In this document: positions 9,954-19,198 of the stretch, piece by piece | How positions within the stretch are numbered: position 1 is the stretch's first letter | Layout: each line of letters begins with the position of its first letter | Assembly (NCBI GenBank): GCA_030840675.1 | Contig: JAVEEA010000072.1 | Span: 3,938-67,937, forward strand | DNA length: 64,000 nucleotides | DNA from: Pyrinomonadaceae bacterium | GTDB taxonomy: Bacteria; Acidobacteriota; Blastocatellia; Pyrinomonadales; Pyrinomonadaceae | Direction: 5' to 3' | Translations under genes and position numbers: made by a program | The notes under the pieces: generated by a model | Database searches by the model: none | What the model was told of the DNA's origin: nothing | What the model saw: the letters and a program-made list of their open reading frames with translations, nothing else

Positions 9954-10514
9954 CTAGACGGCAATCACTTCCATTTCCGGATCGATCTCCTGCTTGAGCA
10001 TTCCTTCGATAGCCATCAAAGTTCCGGTGAGCGAACTCGGACAACTCCCGCACGCACCTTGATAGCGGATGCTCAAAGTATGCTCCTTGAGTCCCAGCAC
10101 TTCCAAATATCCGCCATCGCCCATCAGAGCGGGTCGCACTTTCTCATCCAGAATTTCATTGATCTTCAAGAGCCGCGGGTCGTCGCTGGTTAAAGCTGCG
10201 ATCGCCCCACCTACTGCTGCCGCGGCGGCCCCCGCCGGAGAGTTCACAGTTGCGGCCGCTCGAATCGGCACAGCCAGGACCGGCAACAGGTCGTCCCAGT
10301 CGCCTTCGTCATCCTTCTCGATGGTAATCATCCGGTCCATATAAAACACAGACACCACATGGCCCACGTCAAACAACGATTTGGCGAGCGTATCGCCGGT
10401 CGCCTGGTCCGCGGAAGCATACTGGTGGGCCGTCCCGTTGCTGACTGCTTCCCGCAGAATAAACTTTACTGCGTTGGGATTGGGAGTCTCTTCGATGTCA
10501 CTAATTTTGGGCAT
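9954..10514 (-). CDS. Nfu/NifU-like Fe-S cluster carrier (Nfu_N + NifU C-terminal domain)
   Basis: N-terminus ETPNPNAVKFIL (Nfu_N). C-terminal region VRPALMGDGGYLEVLG...GACGSCPSS carries the CxxC motif. Confidence 0.85.
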   Translation of the reverse strand: MPKISDIEETPNPNAVKFILREAVSNGTAHQYASADQATGDTLAKSLFDVGHVVSVFYMDRMITIEKDDEGDWDDLLPVLAVPIRAAATVNSPAGAAAAAVGGAIAALTSDDPRLLKINEILDEKVRPALMGDGGYLEVLGLKEHTLSIRYQGACGSCPSSLTGTLMAIEGMLKQEIDPEMEVIAV

Positions 10515-10682
10515 TACTTACTCCAATTGTCTGCTCGTAAAAATCCGGTCTTTCCTTGGTTTTCAGGGCTTGCGAGCATTATAGCTGCTTTGACGCGACG
10601 GCGCAGTCTGCGGGAGTAGGAGGCAGATTTCGGGAATAAATCACGTCCTGGATTTAGGGAGAGTTTTTCTCTCAAAGAACTA

Positions 10683-10711
10683 TTGCCAAAGCCTGAGAGC
10701 AGGCATATACT
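10683..10711 (+). promoter_or_regulatory. sigma-70-like promoter TTGCCA-N17-TATACT
   Basis: -35 at 10683-10688 and -10 at 10706-10711, with an exact 17-nt spacer. Confidence 0.4.
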
Positions 10712-10759
10712 CCGTCCCCTCACTTGCCCCCCCTTACAAAAGGTGAGCCAAGTTGAGAT

Positions 10760-10802
10760 GGAGGCAAACGATTGCGAGGGTCGTTTGCCTCCGCTTTTTT
10801 TT
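10760..10802 (+). terminator. strong intrinsic terminator upstream of bshA
   Basis: Perfect 11-bp stem ggaggcaaacg (10760-10770) / cgtttgcctcc (10782-10792), followed by T8 (10795-10802). There is no upstream plus-strand CDS. Confidence 0.65.
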
Positions 10803-10914
10803 CTGGCGAAGGTCTCCAGACTTCGGTTCGGTCTTTGATCTTTACCTGAGAATCCCTGATCCTGTCGGCGAGAAATTACAAAGACGAAAGTCCAAAACTA
10901 AGGCCACAGCAGCA

Positions 10915-12054
10915 ATGAACATCGGCATCACGGTCTATCCAACCTATGGCGGCAGCGGCATTGTCGGCTCGGAACTGGGGAAGGAACTCGCTGCCCGTGG
11001 ACACACGGTCCATTTCATCTCCTCTTCACTGCCAACCCGGCTCACTGAGTTAAACGAGCGCGTGCGTTTTCATGAAGTGGAGATGATGTCGTATCCCTTG
11101 TTTGAGCATCAGCCGTACACGCTCGCGCTGGCCACCAAGATGGCGACGGTGGCCGAAACAGAGAATTTGGATTTGCTACACGTCCACTACGCGATCCCAC
11201 ATTCAATCAGCGCCATCCTCGCGCGCGAGTCGCTAAAACCAAAGCGCTACCTGCCGGTGATCACCACGCTCCACGGGACCGACATCACGCTGGTGGGCGC
11301 GGACCGCTCGTATCTTCCCATCACGCGTTACGGGATTGTGCAGTCAGACGGCGTGACTGCAATTTCGCATTATTTGAAGGCAGCGACCAAAGAGAGTTTC
11401 CAGTTTGATGACATCGAGGTCATCCCAAATTTTATTTGCCAGACCGATTACCAGCGCCATCCGGTTGCCGCTTTGCGCGCCACGCTCGCGCCCGCGGGCG
11501 AACTGCTGCTGGTCCATGTTTCAAACTTCCGCCCGGTGAAGCGCCCGGTAGATTGCGTCGAGATATTTGCGCGCGTCGCGCAACAGTTGCCGGCCACGCG
11601 GTTGGTCATGGTCGGTGACGGCAGCGAACGCACCAATGTCGAGCATCGCGCGCGCTGTTTGGGCGTTTACGACAAGTGCGTTTTCGTGGGCAAGCAACCG
11701 AACATCGTAGACTACCTTTCGGCTGCCGACGTTTTGCTGTTGCCGTCCGAACAGGAATCGTTTGGTCTCGCGGCGCTGGAAGCGATGGCTTGCGAGGTGC
11801 CCGTGATCGCGTCCCGAGTTGGCGGCCTTCCCGAAGTGGTGACCGACGGGGAAACGGGATACTTAAGCGAGGTCGGCGACGTGGAGAAGATGGCCGCGGA
11901 TGCGACTCGTCTTCTGCGTGATGAAACGTTTCGACGTGACATGGGCCAACGCGCGCGCGAGTCCGCCGTTTCCCGCTACCGGAGCGATATTGTGATCCCA
12001 CAGTATCTTCAGTTTTATCAAAAAGTTTTGCAGCAAGCGCCCAAGCCGAACTAG
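10915..12054 (+). CDS. bshA: N-acetyl-alpha-D-glucosaminyl L-malate synthase BshA (GT4 glycosyltransferase)
   Basis: Start reset to ATG 10915. MNIGITVYPTYGGSGIVGSELGKELAARGHTVHFISSS, TTLHGTDIT, HVSNFRPVKR and SEQESFGLAALEAMACEVPVIASRVGGLPEVV follow characterised BshA closely. Confidence 0.85.
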   Translation: MNIGITVYPTYGGSGIVGSELGKELAARGHTVHFISSSLPTRLTELNERVRFHEVEMMSYPLFEHQPYTLALATKMATVAETENLDLLHVHYAIPHSISAILARESLKPKRYLPVITTLHGTDITLVGADRSYLPITRYGIVQSDGVTAISHYLKAATKESFQFDDIEVIPNFICQTDYQRHPVAALRATLAPAGELLLVHVSNFRPVKRPVDCVEIFARVAQQLPATRLVMVGDGSERTNVEHRARCLGVYDKCVFVGKQPNIVDYLSAADVLLLPSEQESFGLAALEAMACEVPVIASRVGGLPEVVTDGETGYLSEVGDVEKMAADATRLLRDETFRRDMGQRARESAVSRYRSDIVIPQYLQFYQKVLQQAPKPN

Positions 12055-12134
12055 TTCGCCTGGCGATTTGTCGCGCCCTTCCGTCGCCATATCAGGACGG
12101 AGATTCGCACAGTCAAAGGCAGTCACTCTTCTTA

Positions 12135-14051
12135 ATGCACTCAATCATCGTCGGCACTGCCGGTCACATCGATCACGGTAAAAGTTCCCTGGTCCAGGCC
12201 CTAACCGGCAAGGATCCGGATCGTTTGCCGGAAGAAAAACGGCGTGGCATCACCATCGACCTTGGCTTCGCTGATCTTAAGCTCGGCGATACTAGCGTTG
12301 GTTTCGTCGATGTTCCCGGTCACGAGCGTTTCGTAAAAAATATGCTCGCCGGCGTACATGGCATTGATGCAGTGGCGCTGGTGATCGCGGCTGACGAAGG
12401 CGTGATGCCGCAAACACGCGAGCATTTCGACATTTGCCGGCTGCTTGCGGTCCAGCGCGGGCTAATCGTCATCACTAAAACCGATCTGGTGGAGGCAGAG
12501 TTGCTTTCCCTGGTGCGAGCTGAGGCGGAGGAGTTGGTCGCCGGCTCGTTCCTCGCAGGTGCGCCAATCATGGAGGTGAGTGCGCGGACCGGAACCGGCC
12601 TGGCAGAATTTCGTGAAGCGTTGCAGTCGCTGGCCGCGGACGTGCCAACGCGTTCCGGTGATTACGTAACCCGCCTGCCGATCGATCGCGCGTTTACGAT
12701 GAAGGGCTTTGGCGCGGTGGTAACCGGCACGCTCGTTTCCGGTCGCATCGGTGTGGGCAATGAACTGGAATTGTTACCCGGCGGTGCGCGCGTGCGCGTG
12801 CGCGGAGTGCAGGTACATGGCGCCGCGGTGGCTGAGGCAGAGGCTGGCCAGCGTACCGCTGTGAACCTTGCTGGCGTTGACACCGCGGAACTCGAGCGAG
12901 GCATGGTGCTCGCTCCCATAGGACGCTTGCGTCCCACGCAAATCATAGACGTGAAACTCGACGTCTTGCCCAGTGCGTCGCGGGCCGTCCGCAATCGCGC
13001 ACGGCTGCGTGTTCATCTGGGTTCGGCCGAAGTTCTCGCGCGGGTGAAAGTGCTGAACCTCCGCGGCGAAGTGCCTCCCGGTGAGACTGCCTTTGCGCAA
13101 CTCCGATTTGAGACGCCGGTCGTGGCGGTGCATGGAGAGCGTTTTATCGTTCGCTCTTATTCGCCCGCGGCGACGATTGCCGGTGGTCTCGTTTTGGATC
13201 CCCAGGCTACTAAACGCCGCGGAAGGGAACTCGCGCGGGCTGATGGCCCACTGCAAGTTCTGACTAGTGGTGAGCCGGCCGAAAAGCTCGCGGTGTTTGT
13301 CGCCATCGCGGGAAACCTGGGACTGCGCCCGGCTGAGATCGCCGCGCGGACGGGTTGGAACGACGAGGTTATTGCGCGCGTTTCGCGGCAAGCGCAGACG
13401 CAGACACTCGTCGAGGCTGCGGGTGTGCTAGTGGTCCAGGATAACCTTGAGCGGCTCACGCGTGACGCAGTTGCAGCGGTCAAACTCCACCACCAGCGCG
13501 AGCCCTTAGCGCGCGGTTTGCCGCGCGAAACTCTGCGTGAACGTTTATTCGCCCATGCGGCGCCGGAAATATTTCGCGCAGTGATGGCGCGTTTGGAACA
13601 GGACGGGAGGCTCGTCAGCGAAAAGGACGTGGTTCGCGCCAGTGAACACGGCCGCTCCCTATCGCCGGCTGATACGCGGTTGCGAACTGAAATAGCGAGC
13701 GCTTATGAGCGTGCGGGACTTGAGGCCCCGAGCTTCGATCAGGTTCTGGTCGAGGCGGGCGTTCCGCCGGCGCAACGTGCGCATGGGAGAAAAATCCTGC
13801 AACTGCTGCTCGACGACCACACCCTCGTGCGGGTACAGGGCGAGATGTTTTTTCACACGGCCGCGATCAAACGTTTGCAGAGTCTGCTGCGCCAATACGC
13901 GTTGGACCATCAACCCGACCGTTTGATCGATGTCGCCGGGTTTAAAGAACTGGCCGGCGTATCGCGGAAGTATGCAATTCCACTGTTGGAATATTTCGAC
14001 CGCGAACGTGTCACCCGCCGCGCCGGCGACAAGCGAATGATCCTCAACTAA
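12135..14051 (+). CDS. selB: selenocysteine-specific translation elongation factor SelB
   Basis: GTPase motifs [16 protein letters not shown] and TKTDL. A long C-terminal winged-helix extension is typical of bacterial SelB (638 aa). Confidence 0.9.
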   Translation: MHSIIVGTAGHIDHGKSSLVQALTGKDPDRLPEEKRRGITIDLGFADLKLGDTSVGFVDVPGHERFVKNMLAGVHGIDAVALVIAADEGVMPQTREHFDICRLLAVQRGLIVITKTDLVEAELLSLVRAEAEELVAGSFLAGAPIMEVSARTGTGLAEFREALQSLAADVPTRSGDYVTRLPIDRAFTMKGFGAVVTGTLVSGRIGVGNELELLPGGARVRVRGVQVHGAAVAEAEAGQRTAVNLAGVDTAELERGMVLAPIGRLRPTQIIDVKLDVLPSASRAVRNRARLRVHLGSAEVLARVKVLNLRGEVPPGETAFAQLRFETPVVAVHGERFIVRSYSPAATIAGGLVLDPQATKRRGRELARADGPLQVLTSGEPAEKLAVFVAIAGNLGLRPAEIAARTGWNDEVIARVSRQAQTQTLVEAAGVLVVQDNLERLTRDAVAAVKLHHQREPLARGLPRETLRERLFAHAAPEIFRAVMARLEQDGRLVSEKDVVRASEHGRSLSPADTRLRTEIASAYERAGLEAPSFDQVLVEAGVPPAQRAHGRKILQLLLDDHTLVRVQGEMFFHTAAIKRLQSLLRQYALDHQPDRLIDVAGFKELAGVSRKYAIPLLEYFDRERVTRRAGDKRMILN

Positions 14052-14059
14052 CACGCGGG

Positions 14060-15259
14060 TCACGCGTGTTGTCCGGCCGCATAACCCGAAGCCCAGGCCC
14101 ACTGAAAGTTGTAGCCGCCCAGCTGGCCAGTTACGTCAACGACCTCGCCGATGAAATAAAGACCCGCCACTCTTTTGGCAGCCATCGTTTGTGAAGAGAG
14201 TTCTTCGGTGGCCACTCCGCCCGCAGTCACCTCAGCTTTTTTATATCCCTCGGTTCCGGAGGGCGCGACTTCCCAGTTATTGAGCCGAGCAGCGATTCCG
14301 GTAAGTTCGCCGGGCGAGTAGCGCCTGAGCGGTTGCGACGGATAATTCAAGGCGCACCAGGCGACGGCAAAGCGATGCGGCAAAAACTGGCTCAGCAAGT
14401 TTGCCAGTGTGAGTTCTCTGTTTTTCGGTTCGCGCAGGAGTTCAGTTACGTCGTAGTCCGGCAACAGATCAATCGCGACGCTGTGACCCGGACGCCAGTA
14501 AGACGAAATTTGCAGGATGGCCGGGCCGCTAAGACCGCGATGCGTGACCAGAATATTTTCGCGAAACTTCGCCCCGTCAAAACTGACTTCGGCAGCGAGT
14601 GAAATGCCGCTCAAGCTCGACAACTCGCGCAGTGTTTCGCGGAGCAGCGTGAAAGGGACCAGCGCCGGCCGCGGTTCGCGAATGGCGAGGCCAAACTGGC
14701 GTGCCAACTGGTACCCGAAGTCGGTCGCGCCCAGCGGCGCAATCGACAACCCGCCGGTGGCGACAACCAAAGAATCTGAAGCGAGGGTAGCGTTACCGGT
14801 TCTAACCGAGAAACGGCGCCGGGACCGGGGGCTCGCCTGCAAGTTGCTTGATGGAGTTACGCTGCGCACGTTTACGCCGCAACGAATTTCCACGCCCGCC
14901 TCTTTCGCTTCAGTCAACAGCATTTCAATAATGCGTTGTGAGCTATCGTCGCAGAAAAGTTGGCCGAGTTTTTTTTCGTGATAGGGAATGCCATGCTTGT
15001 TGACCAGCGAGATAAAGTCGTCAGGCGTGTAACGCGCGAGGGCCGACTTACAAAAATGAGGATTCGCGGAAATGAAATTGTCGGGCGTGGTATTGAGGTT
15101 CGTGAAGTTGCAGCGGCCGCCGCCGGAAATCGCGATCTTTTTTCCCACGCGGTCGGCGTGTTCGAGCACGATGACCTGGCGACCACGCTTGCCGGCTTCG
15201 ATCGCGCAAAACAGGCCGGCGGCTCCGCCCCCGATGACAATAACGTCCGTGTCAGTCAC
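14060..15259 (-). CDS. HI0933/BaiN-family NAD(P)/FAD-dependent oxidoreductase
   Basis: DVIVIGGGAAGLFCAIEAGKRG dinucleotide fold, GGGRCNFTN, and the C-terminal GEVVDVTGQLGGYNFQWAWASG signature. Confidence 0.85.
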   Translation of the reverse strand: MTDTDVIVIGGGAAGLFCAIEAGKRGRQVIVLEHADRVGKKIAISGGGRCNFTNLNTTPDNFISANPHFCKSALARYTPDDFISLVNKHGIPYHEKKLGQLFCDDSSQRIIEMLLTEAKEAGVEIRCGVNVRSVTPSSNLQASPRSRRRFSVRTGNATLASDSLVVATGGLSIAPLGATDFGYQLARQFGLAIREPRPALVPFTLLRETLRELSSLSGISLAAEVSFDGAKFRENILVTHRGLSGPAILQISSYWRPGHSVAIDLLPDYDVTELLREPKNRELTLANLLSQFLPHRFAVAWCALNYPSQPLRRYSPGELTGIAARLNNWEVAPSGTEGYKKAEVTAGGVATEELSSQTMAAKRVAGLYFIGEVVDVTGQLGGYNFQWAWASGYAAGQHA

Positions 15260-15292
15260 GTCTAGAGCCTATCACCGGCAGCGGCCGATACG

Positions 15293-15325
15293 AAAAAGGC
15301 GGCGAACAATATGCTCGCCGCCTTT
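15293..15325 (-). terminator. intrinsic terminator of the VWA gene
   Basis: 10-bp stem aaggcggcga (15296-15305) / tcgccgcctt (15315-15324). On the minus strand the hairpin is followed by a T5 run. Confidence 0.6.
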
Positions 15326-15387
15326 GCCATTCGGAGTGCGATGATCGCGCTCCAATAAAGATCTGAATTCCCCGTTCTCGCTGCCGG

Positions 15388-16620
15388 CTATGGTTTCGCG
15401 GCCGCGTCGGGCTTCGGTGCGTTGTAGAACTGGCGCGCTTGGATCACGTATTCCTTGTCATCAATTACGCCATCGCCGTTTACATCGATGCTTACCTTAA
15501 TCTTGTGTTGCTTGCCGTCGTGGCTGTCACCCGGGTTGAACGCCAGACTGTATTGACTGCGCAACAGAGTGTTGATCGAACCGAGTACTTTCGGTAATTC
15601 ACCCGGGAAGGTCACGGGATAATAAGCGCCTCCCGTTTCCGCGGCGAAGGTTTTTAGCGTGTTCTTCGCTTGCAGAAAAGTCATGCGTCCGGGCGCGCCA
15701 TCAATTGCGTCCACTGGGCCCAGCTGGTTTTCGTATTTCTTAAAAAAGAGTTCGCCGGTGCCGATGATGTAGATGGGGATGCCGGCGTTCTGTGCGACCT
15801 TGCGCGCGTCGCCATAGTTGATCTTGCTGAAAGTATCGATGCCGGAAGCGACCAGGATGATGGCGCGACGCCGGCCCTGGATACTTACCAAGCCCGCGTA
15901 CTCAGACTTTTCTTCTTTCGCGTTGTCGAGCACTACGGAATCACCACGTCCACCGACGAGCACGAATTTAAGCGCGTCAAAGAGATTGGTTTCGCGGAAC
16001 GCGGGAGAATTCCGCAGGAGTAGATTGATAACCTGGCTAATCCGGCCAGGGTCGTTGGTGAAATCAGTAAGCGGCGTCGGCCGCATGTCGAAAGCAACAA
16101 CTGAAACGTAATCCTGGGGAGGTTTGACGAATTGCGATAGGAACATCGCCACCGGCCGAATCACTTCATACGTACCCGGATCGTAACCACCCGAGCCATA
16201 GTAGCCAAACGCTTCCGACCATTTGCTGTATTCAACCACCATAGCCACAGTGATTGGCGCTTCGGGAGTCGAGAAGTTGGTGATGACCTGCGGTGCGCCG
16301 TCAACCTGGATGGAGAAGTTTTCTTTCTTCAATCCGGTTACGATTTGCCCGCTCTTCTTGTGGTAAACAACCGCGTCTACGTTAACGATCTGCGTGGTGA
16401 CCGTTACCTTTTCAGCTTCCTGTGGCCTTCCCACCAGGTCTGGCGGCGGCGGTTCATCCGGCTGTTGACCGGGCTCCGGCGGGCGTTTGTTCTTCTTTTC
16501 ACTCGAGGTCGGAGGCTGGCGGCGCGACTGCGCGCTAGCAGAAGTGAATAACAGACTGCCGCAGAGATTTGATCCAATGAGCAGGGCAAGCAAGAGGCGC
16601 GCGAGCTTAGAGAGTTTCAT
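15388..16620 (-). CDS. exported VWA-domain protein (VWFA-related acidobacterial-type)
   Basis: Signal peptide, Pro-rich linker, then a VWA-like core (ILVASGIDTFS ... IPIYIIGTG). The overall layout resembles the VWFA-related family common in Acidobacteria. Confidence 0.75.
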   Translation of the reverse strand: MKLSKLARLLLALLIGSNLCGSLLFTSASAQSRRQPPTSSEKKNKRPPEPGQQPDEPPPPDLVGRPQEAEKVTVTTQIVNVDAVVYHKKSGQIVTGLKKENFSIQVDGAPQVITNFSTPEAPITVAMVVEYSKWSEAFGYYGSGGYDPGTYEVIRPVAMFLSQFVKPPQDYVSVVAFDMRPTPLTDFTNDPGRISQVINLLLRNSPAFRETNLFDALKFVLVGGRGDSVVLDNAKEEKSEYAGLVSIQGRRRAIILVASGIDTFSKINYGDARKVAQNAGIPIYIIGTGELFFKKYENQLGPVDAIDGAPGRMTFLQAKNTLKTFAAETGGAYYPVTFPGELPKVLGSINTLLRSQYSLAFNPGDSHDGKQHKIKVSIDVNGDGVIDDKEYVIQARQFYNAPKPDAAAKP

Positions 16621-16744
16621 TAATCACCTATTGTGGAAGCAGAAAAGGGAAGAAGACCAAAACTGTCAGTCCGTCTTCACCCGAGTTGCCGATTGCCATG
16701 TGATGCCCGAAGCCAAGGTCACGTTTCCCCGACGCAGGCCCTGC

Positions 16745-17509
16745 CTACCTGACGCCGCCGCCCGCTTCGGCCTCGACAGTTACGTCGTACGTTCCCGTGT
16801 TGTCGTTTAGATTTCCTTCGTTCACACCGAGGAATAACACGCCGTCACGCTGGGCCACAAAATCTCGTCTGGTGGCAATCAACTGAAAATCGTCATTGTC
16901 GTCGCCGATAACCGCTATTAACGCACCAGTCGCTTCGTTGCGCATGAGCTTCTCACCGTCTGTCGAACCCGCAACGCCGGCAGGTGTAGAAAAACGGCCG
17001 CCGCCAAGTGAAACCCGGCCGGTGGCGCTGATACGCAGACGCTGGCCCTTGCGAACCACCAATCCGGTGTTGGTCCACCCATTGTTTGCGTTGTCCGCTC
17101 GCACGGCTACCTTGATAGTGAAGAAAGTCGGTGCACCGGCCGGCAAGTTTGCCGGGTTCGTGCGCGCCGGCACGCGATTACTCTCTGGCTGTTGGGTAGG
17201 GCGCGGCTGTTGATAAACCGGCGCTGCGGTCGAGTTGTTGTTCGGGTCGTCATTCGCGAGCGACGCGGCCGCTGCCGTGGTAGCGGAGTCAAACTCGATC
17301 GACTCAACGTCTTCCACGTAGACGACGGTACGACTGCGGCGTCCCTGACTACCGGAACCGACTAATACCGTAAATTGCTGGTCGCGAAAACCGATCACCT
17401 GGCCGCGAATTACATTGCCGTCCTTGAGACGAATTGTGTCAGCCAAGACCGGCAGCGAAAGGGTAAGAATAAGTGACAGGAAGAAGAGAACGCGAAAGCC
17501 ATTTTTCAT
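16745..17509 (-). CDS. exported protein with C-terminal PA-IL/LecA-like beta-sandwich domain
   Basis: Start reset to MKNGFRVLFFLSLILTLSLPVLA (ATG 17509). The C-terminus GWTNTGLVVRKGQRLRISATGRVSLG ... GALIAVIGDD ... LFLGVNEGNLNDNTGTY resembles lectin-type domains. Confidence 0.5.
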   Translation of the reverse strand: MKNGFRVLFFLSLILTLSLPVLADTIRLKDGNVIRGQVIGFRDQQFTVLVGSGSQGRRSRTVVYVEDVESIEFDSATTAAAASLANDDPNNNSTAAPVYQQPRPTQQPESNRVPARTNPANLPAGAPTFFTIKVAVRADNANNGWTNTGLVVRKGQRLRISATGRVSLGGGRFSTPAGVAGSTDGEKLMRNEATGALIAVIGDDNDDFQLIATRRDFVAQRDGVLFLGVNEGNLNDNTGTYDVTVEAEAGGGVR

Positions 17510-17742
17510 AGTGATGCTCCAGGCGGTTATTTCACGAACGAGTTTTACAAGAGTCGATTTCTTTTGCAAGCGGGAGAGGCAAGCGGCCTATCTCGGATGC
17601 CCGCTGGCTGTTAAAGGTTGCGGGTGGCGGTTTTATGCCGCGTTCCGGGCTGGGCCAGGGTAATGTTCCCAGCAAAACTAAACGTCACGCTCGCACAAGT
17701 GGGGCATCTTGCCGCCGCGGATCCGCTACGCTTTTTGGCCTG

Positions 17743-17771
17743 TTGCCAAGAAGCGAAATGCGCGCTATAGT
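17743..17771 (+). promoter_or_regulatory. sigma-70-like promoter TTGCCA-N17-TATAGT
   Basis: -35 at 17743-17748 and -10 at 17766-17771, with an exact 17-nt spacer. The -35 hexamer is the same as at 10683. Confidence 0.4.
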
Positions 17772-17777
17772 AACGCC

Positions 17778-17880
17778 AACTAGATGGTTGGTGAATCCTT
17801 CCATCCAAGTGGTTGCTGGGGTGAGGACAGTGACCACACAAGATTAGGCGCGACGGCCCAAAGCTGTCGCGCCTTTTCGC
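17778..17880 (+). ncRNA. candidate ~100-nt small RNA (promoter-to-terminator unit)
   Basis: Bounded by the promoter above and a terminator-like hairpin ggcgcgac (17847-17854) / gtcgcgcc (17866-17873) + TTTT. It has internal stems (ccaac/gttgg, gtggt/accac). There is no credible CDS, and the yihY ATG is 300 nt further on. Confidence 0.3.
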
Positions 17881-18176
17881 TAATGGTAAGCAGAGTTGAC
17901 CGAAGTCTCGCAATCGAATATCTGACAAAGTCCCCGGAAATTCGTGCGCAACGCGAAGCTTGTGCGTTCGCTTATCAGACGAGGAGTGTCGTGCTTCGCC
18001 ATCCGTCTTCGTGTCAAACTGGGCCGTCGCTTATTCAAAGATCGTCAAGTGTCAGTGTGATCAGCGGTTGGTCGAAGAAAACCCGCGCCGCCAGAACGTT
18101 CCAGGGTCCTCGGAATAGTCATTGCTTAAACCGACCTGCACCGGTAGCGAAATCTGAGATAAGGATTCAAACAATC

Positions 18177-19088
18177 ATGGCATCAGTTTGGGCTCTGGGT
18201 GGGTTGACCTGGAAAGCTCTGGGTAAGAGGGTCGTTAGTGAAATCCAGAAAGATGATGTTTTCGGACGCGCCGCGCAGCTCGCTTACTATTTCCTCTTGG
18301 CGCTTTTTCCACTGCTGCTGTTTCTCACCGCTGTTATCGGACTGTTGCTGGGCTCCGGCACTGGCTTGCGTCATAACCTGTTCAACTACCTCAGCCAGGT
18401 GTTGCCGGGTTCGGCTTACCAGCTGGTCGATTCGACGATCTATGAGGTGAGCGAAGCCAGCGGTGGCGGCAAGGTGATCTTCGGCATTCTTGCCGCGCTT
18501 TGGGCTGCGTCAAACGGAATGGGAGCAATCACCCAGGCTCTCAATGTCGCCTATAATGTGAAGGAATCTCGGCCCTGGTGGAAACAACGGTTGACGGCGA
18601 TGTGTTTGACGATTGGACTTTCGGTACTCGTGATTTCCGCGCTCATACTCATCCTCTACGGTGGAAAGCTCGGGGACCATGTCGCCGGTCATTATGGTTT
18701 CGGAGAGGTCTTCGTAATCACGTGGAAGGTCATACAGTGGCCCATGTTGCTCGGTTTCATGCTGCTGTCGTTTGCGCTTATCTACTACCTCGCACCGGAC
18801 GTTCGCGATCAGAAGTGGATCTGGATTACTCCGGGTTCGGTCGTTGGGCTGAGTTTGTGGCTGCTCGTTTCCTTCGGCTTCAAGCTGTACCTGCATTTTT
18901 TTGATTCTTACAGTAAGACCTATGGCACGCTCGGCGCGGTGATCGTGCTGATGCTCTGGCTTTACCTGACGGGGGCAGCGATTCTTATCGGCGGCGAAGT
19001 GAATTCTGAGATTGAAAACGCAGCCGCGAAAGCGGGCGCCCCGGACGCTAAAGAGAAGGGCGAAAAAGCGCCACCGGAAAAGAGTTGA
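18177..19088 (+). CDS. YihY/BrkB-family membrane protein
   Basis: Start reset to ATG 18177. DVFGRAAQLAYYFLLALFPLLLF and the multi-TM layout are typical of the YihY family. Confidence 0.85.
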   Translation: MASVWALGGLTWKALGKRVVSEIQKDDVFGRAAQLAYYFLLALFPLLLFLTAVIGLLLGSGTGLRHNLFNYLSQVLPGSAYQLVDSTIYEVSEASGGGKVIFGILAALWAASNGMGAITQALNVAYNVKESRPWWKQRLTAMCLTIGLSVLVISALILILYGGKLGDHVAGHYGFGEVFVITWKVIQWPMLLGFMLLSFALIYYLAPDVRDQKWIWITPGSVVGLSLWLLVSFGFKLYLHFFDSYSKTYGTLGAVIVLMLWLYLTGAAILIGGEVNSEIENAAAKAGAPDAKEKGEKAPPEKS

Positions 19089-19198
19089 CCGCCGGGGCGA
19101 AACTTATAGAACACGCATAACTTCCGGCGACCCTCCGATTCTTGACTAACCGTTCCAGAAAGAGTAAGAGTAGTCACTCGTTGAAAGAGGGAAAATAG

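Noticed and set aside
10753-10914. N-terminal extensions of track ORFs (10753-10914, 17784-18176, 34755-34955, 49991-50074, 6824-6937 and the leading TTG at 2)
   Set aside because: The extensions use TTG or other alternative starts and cover terminators, repeats or the upstream gene. They add non-homologous sequence ahead of a canonical family N-terminus that has its own ATG and RBS.
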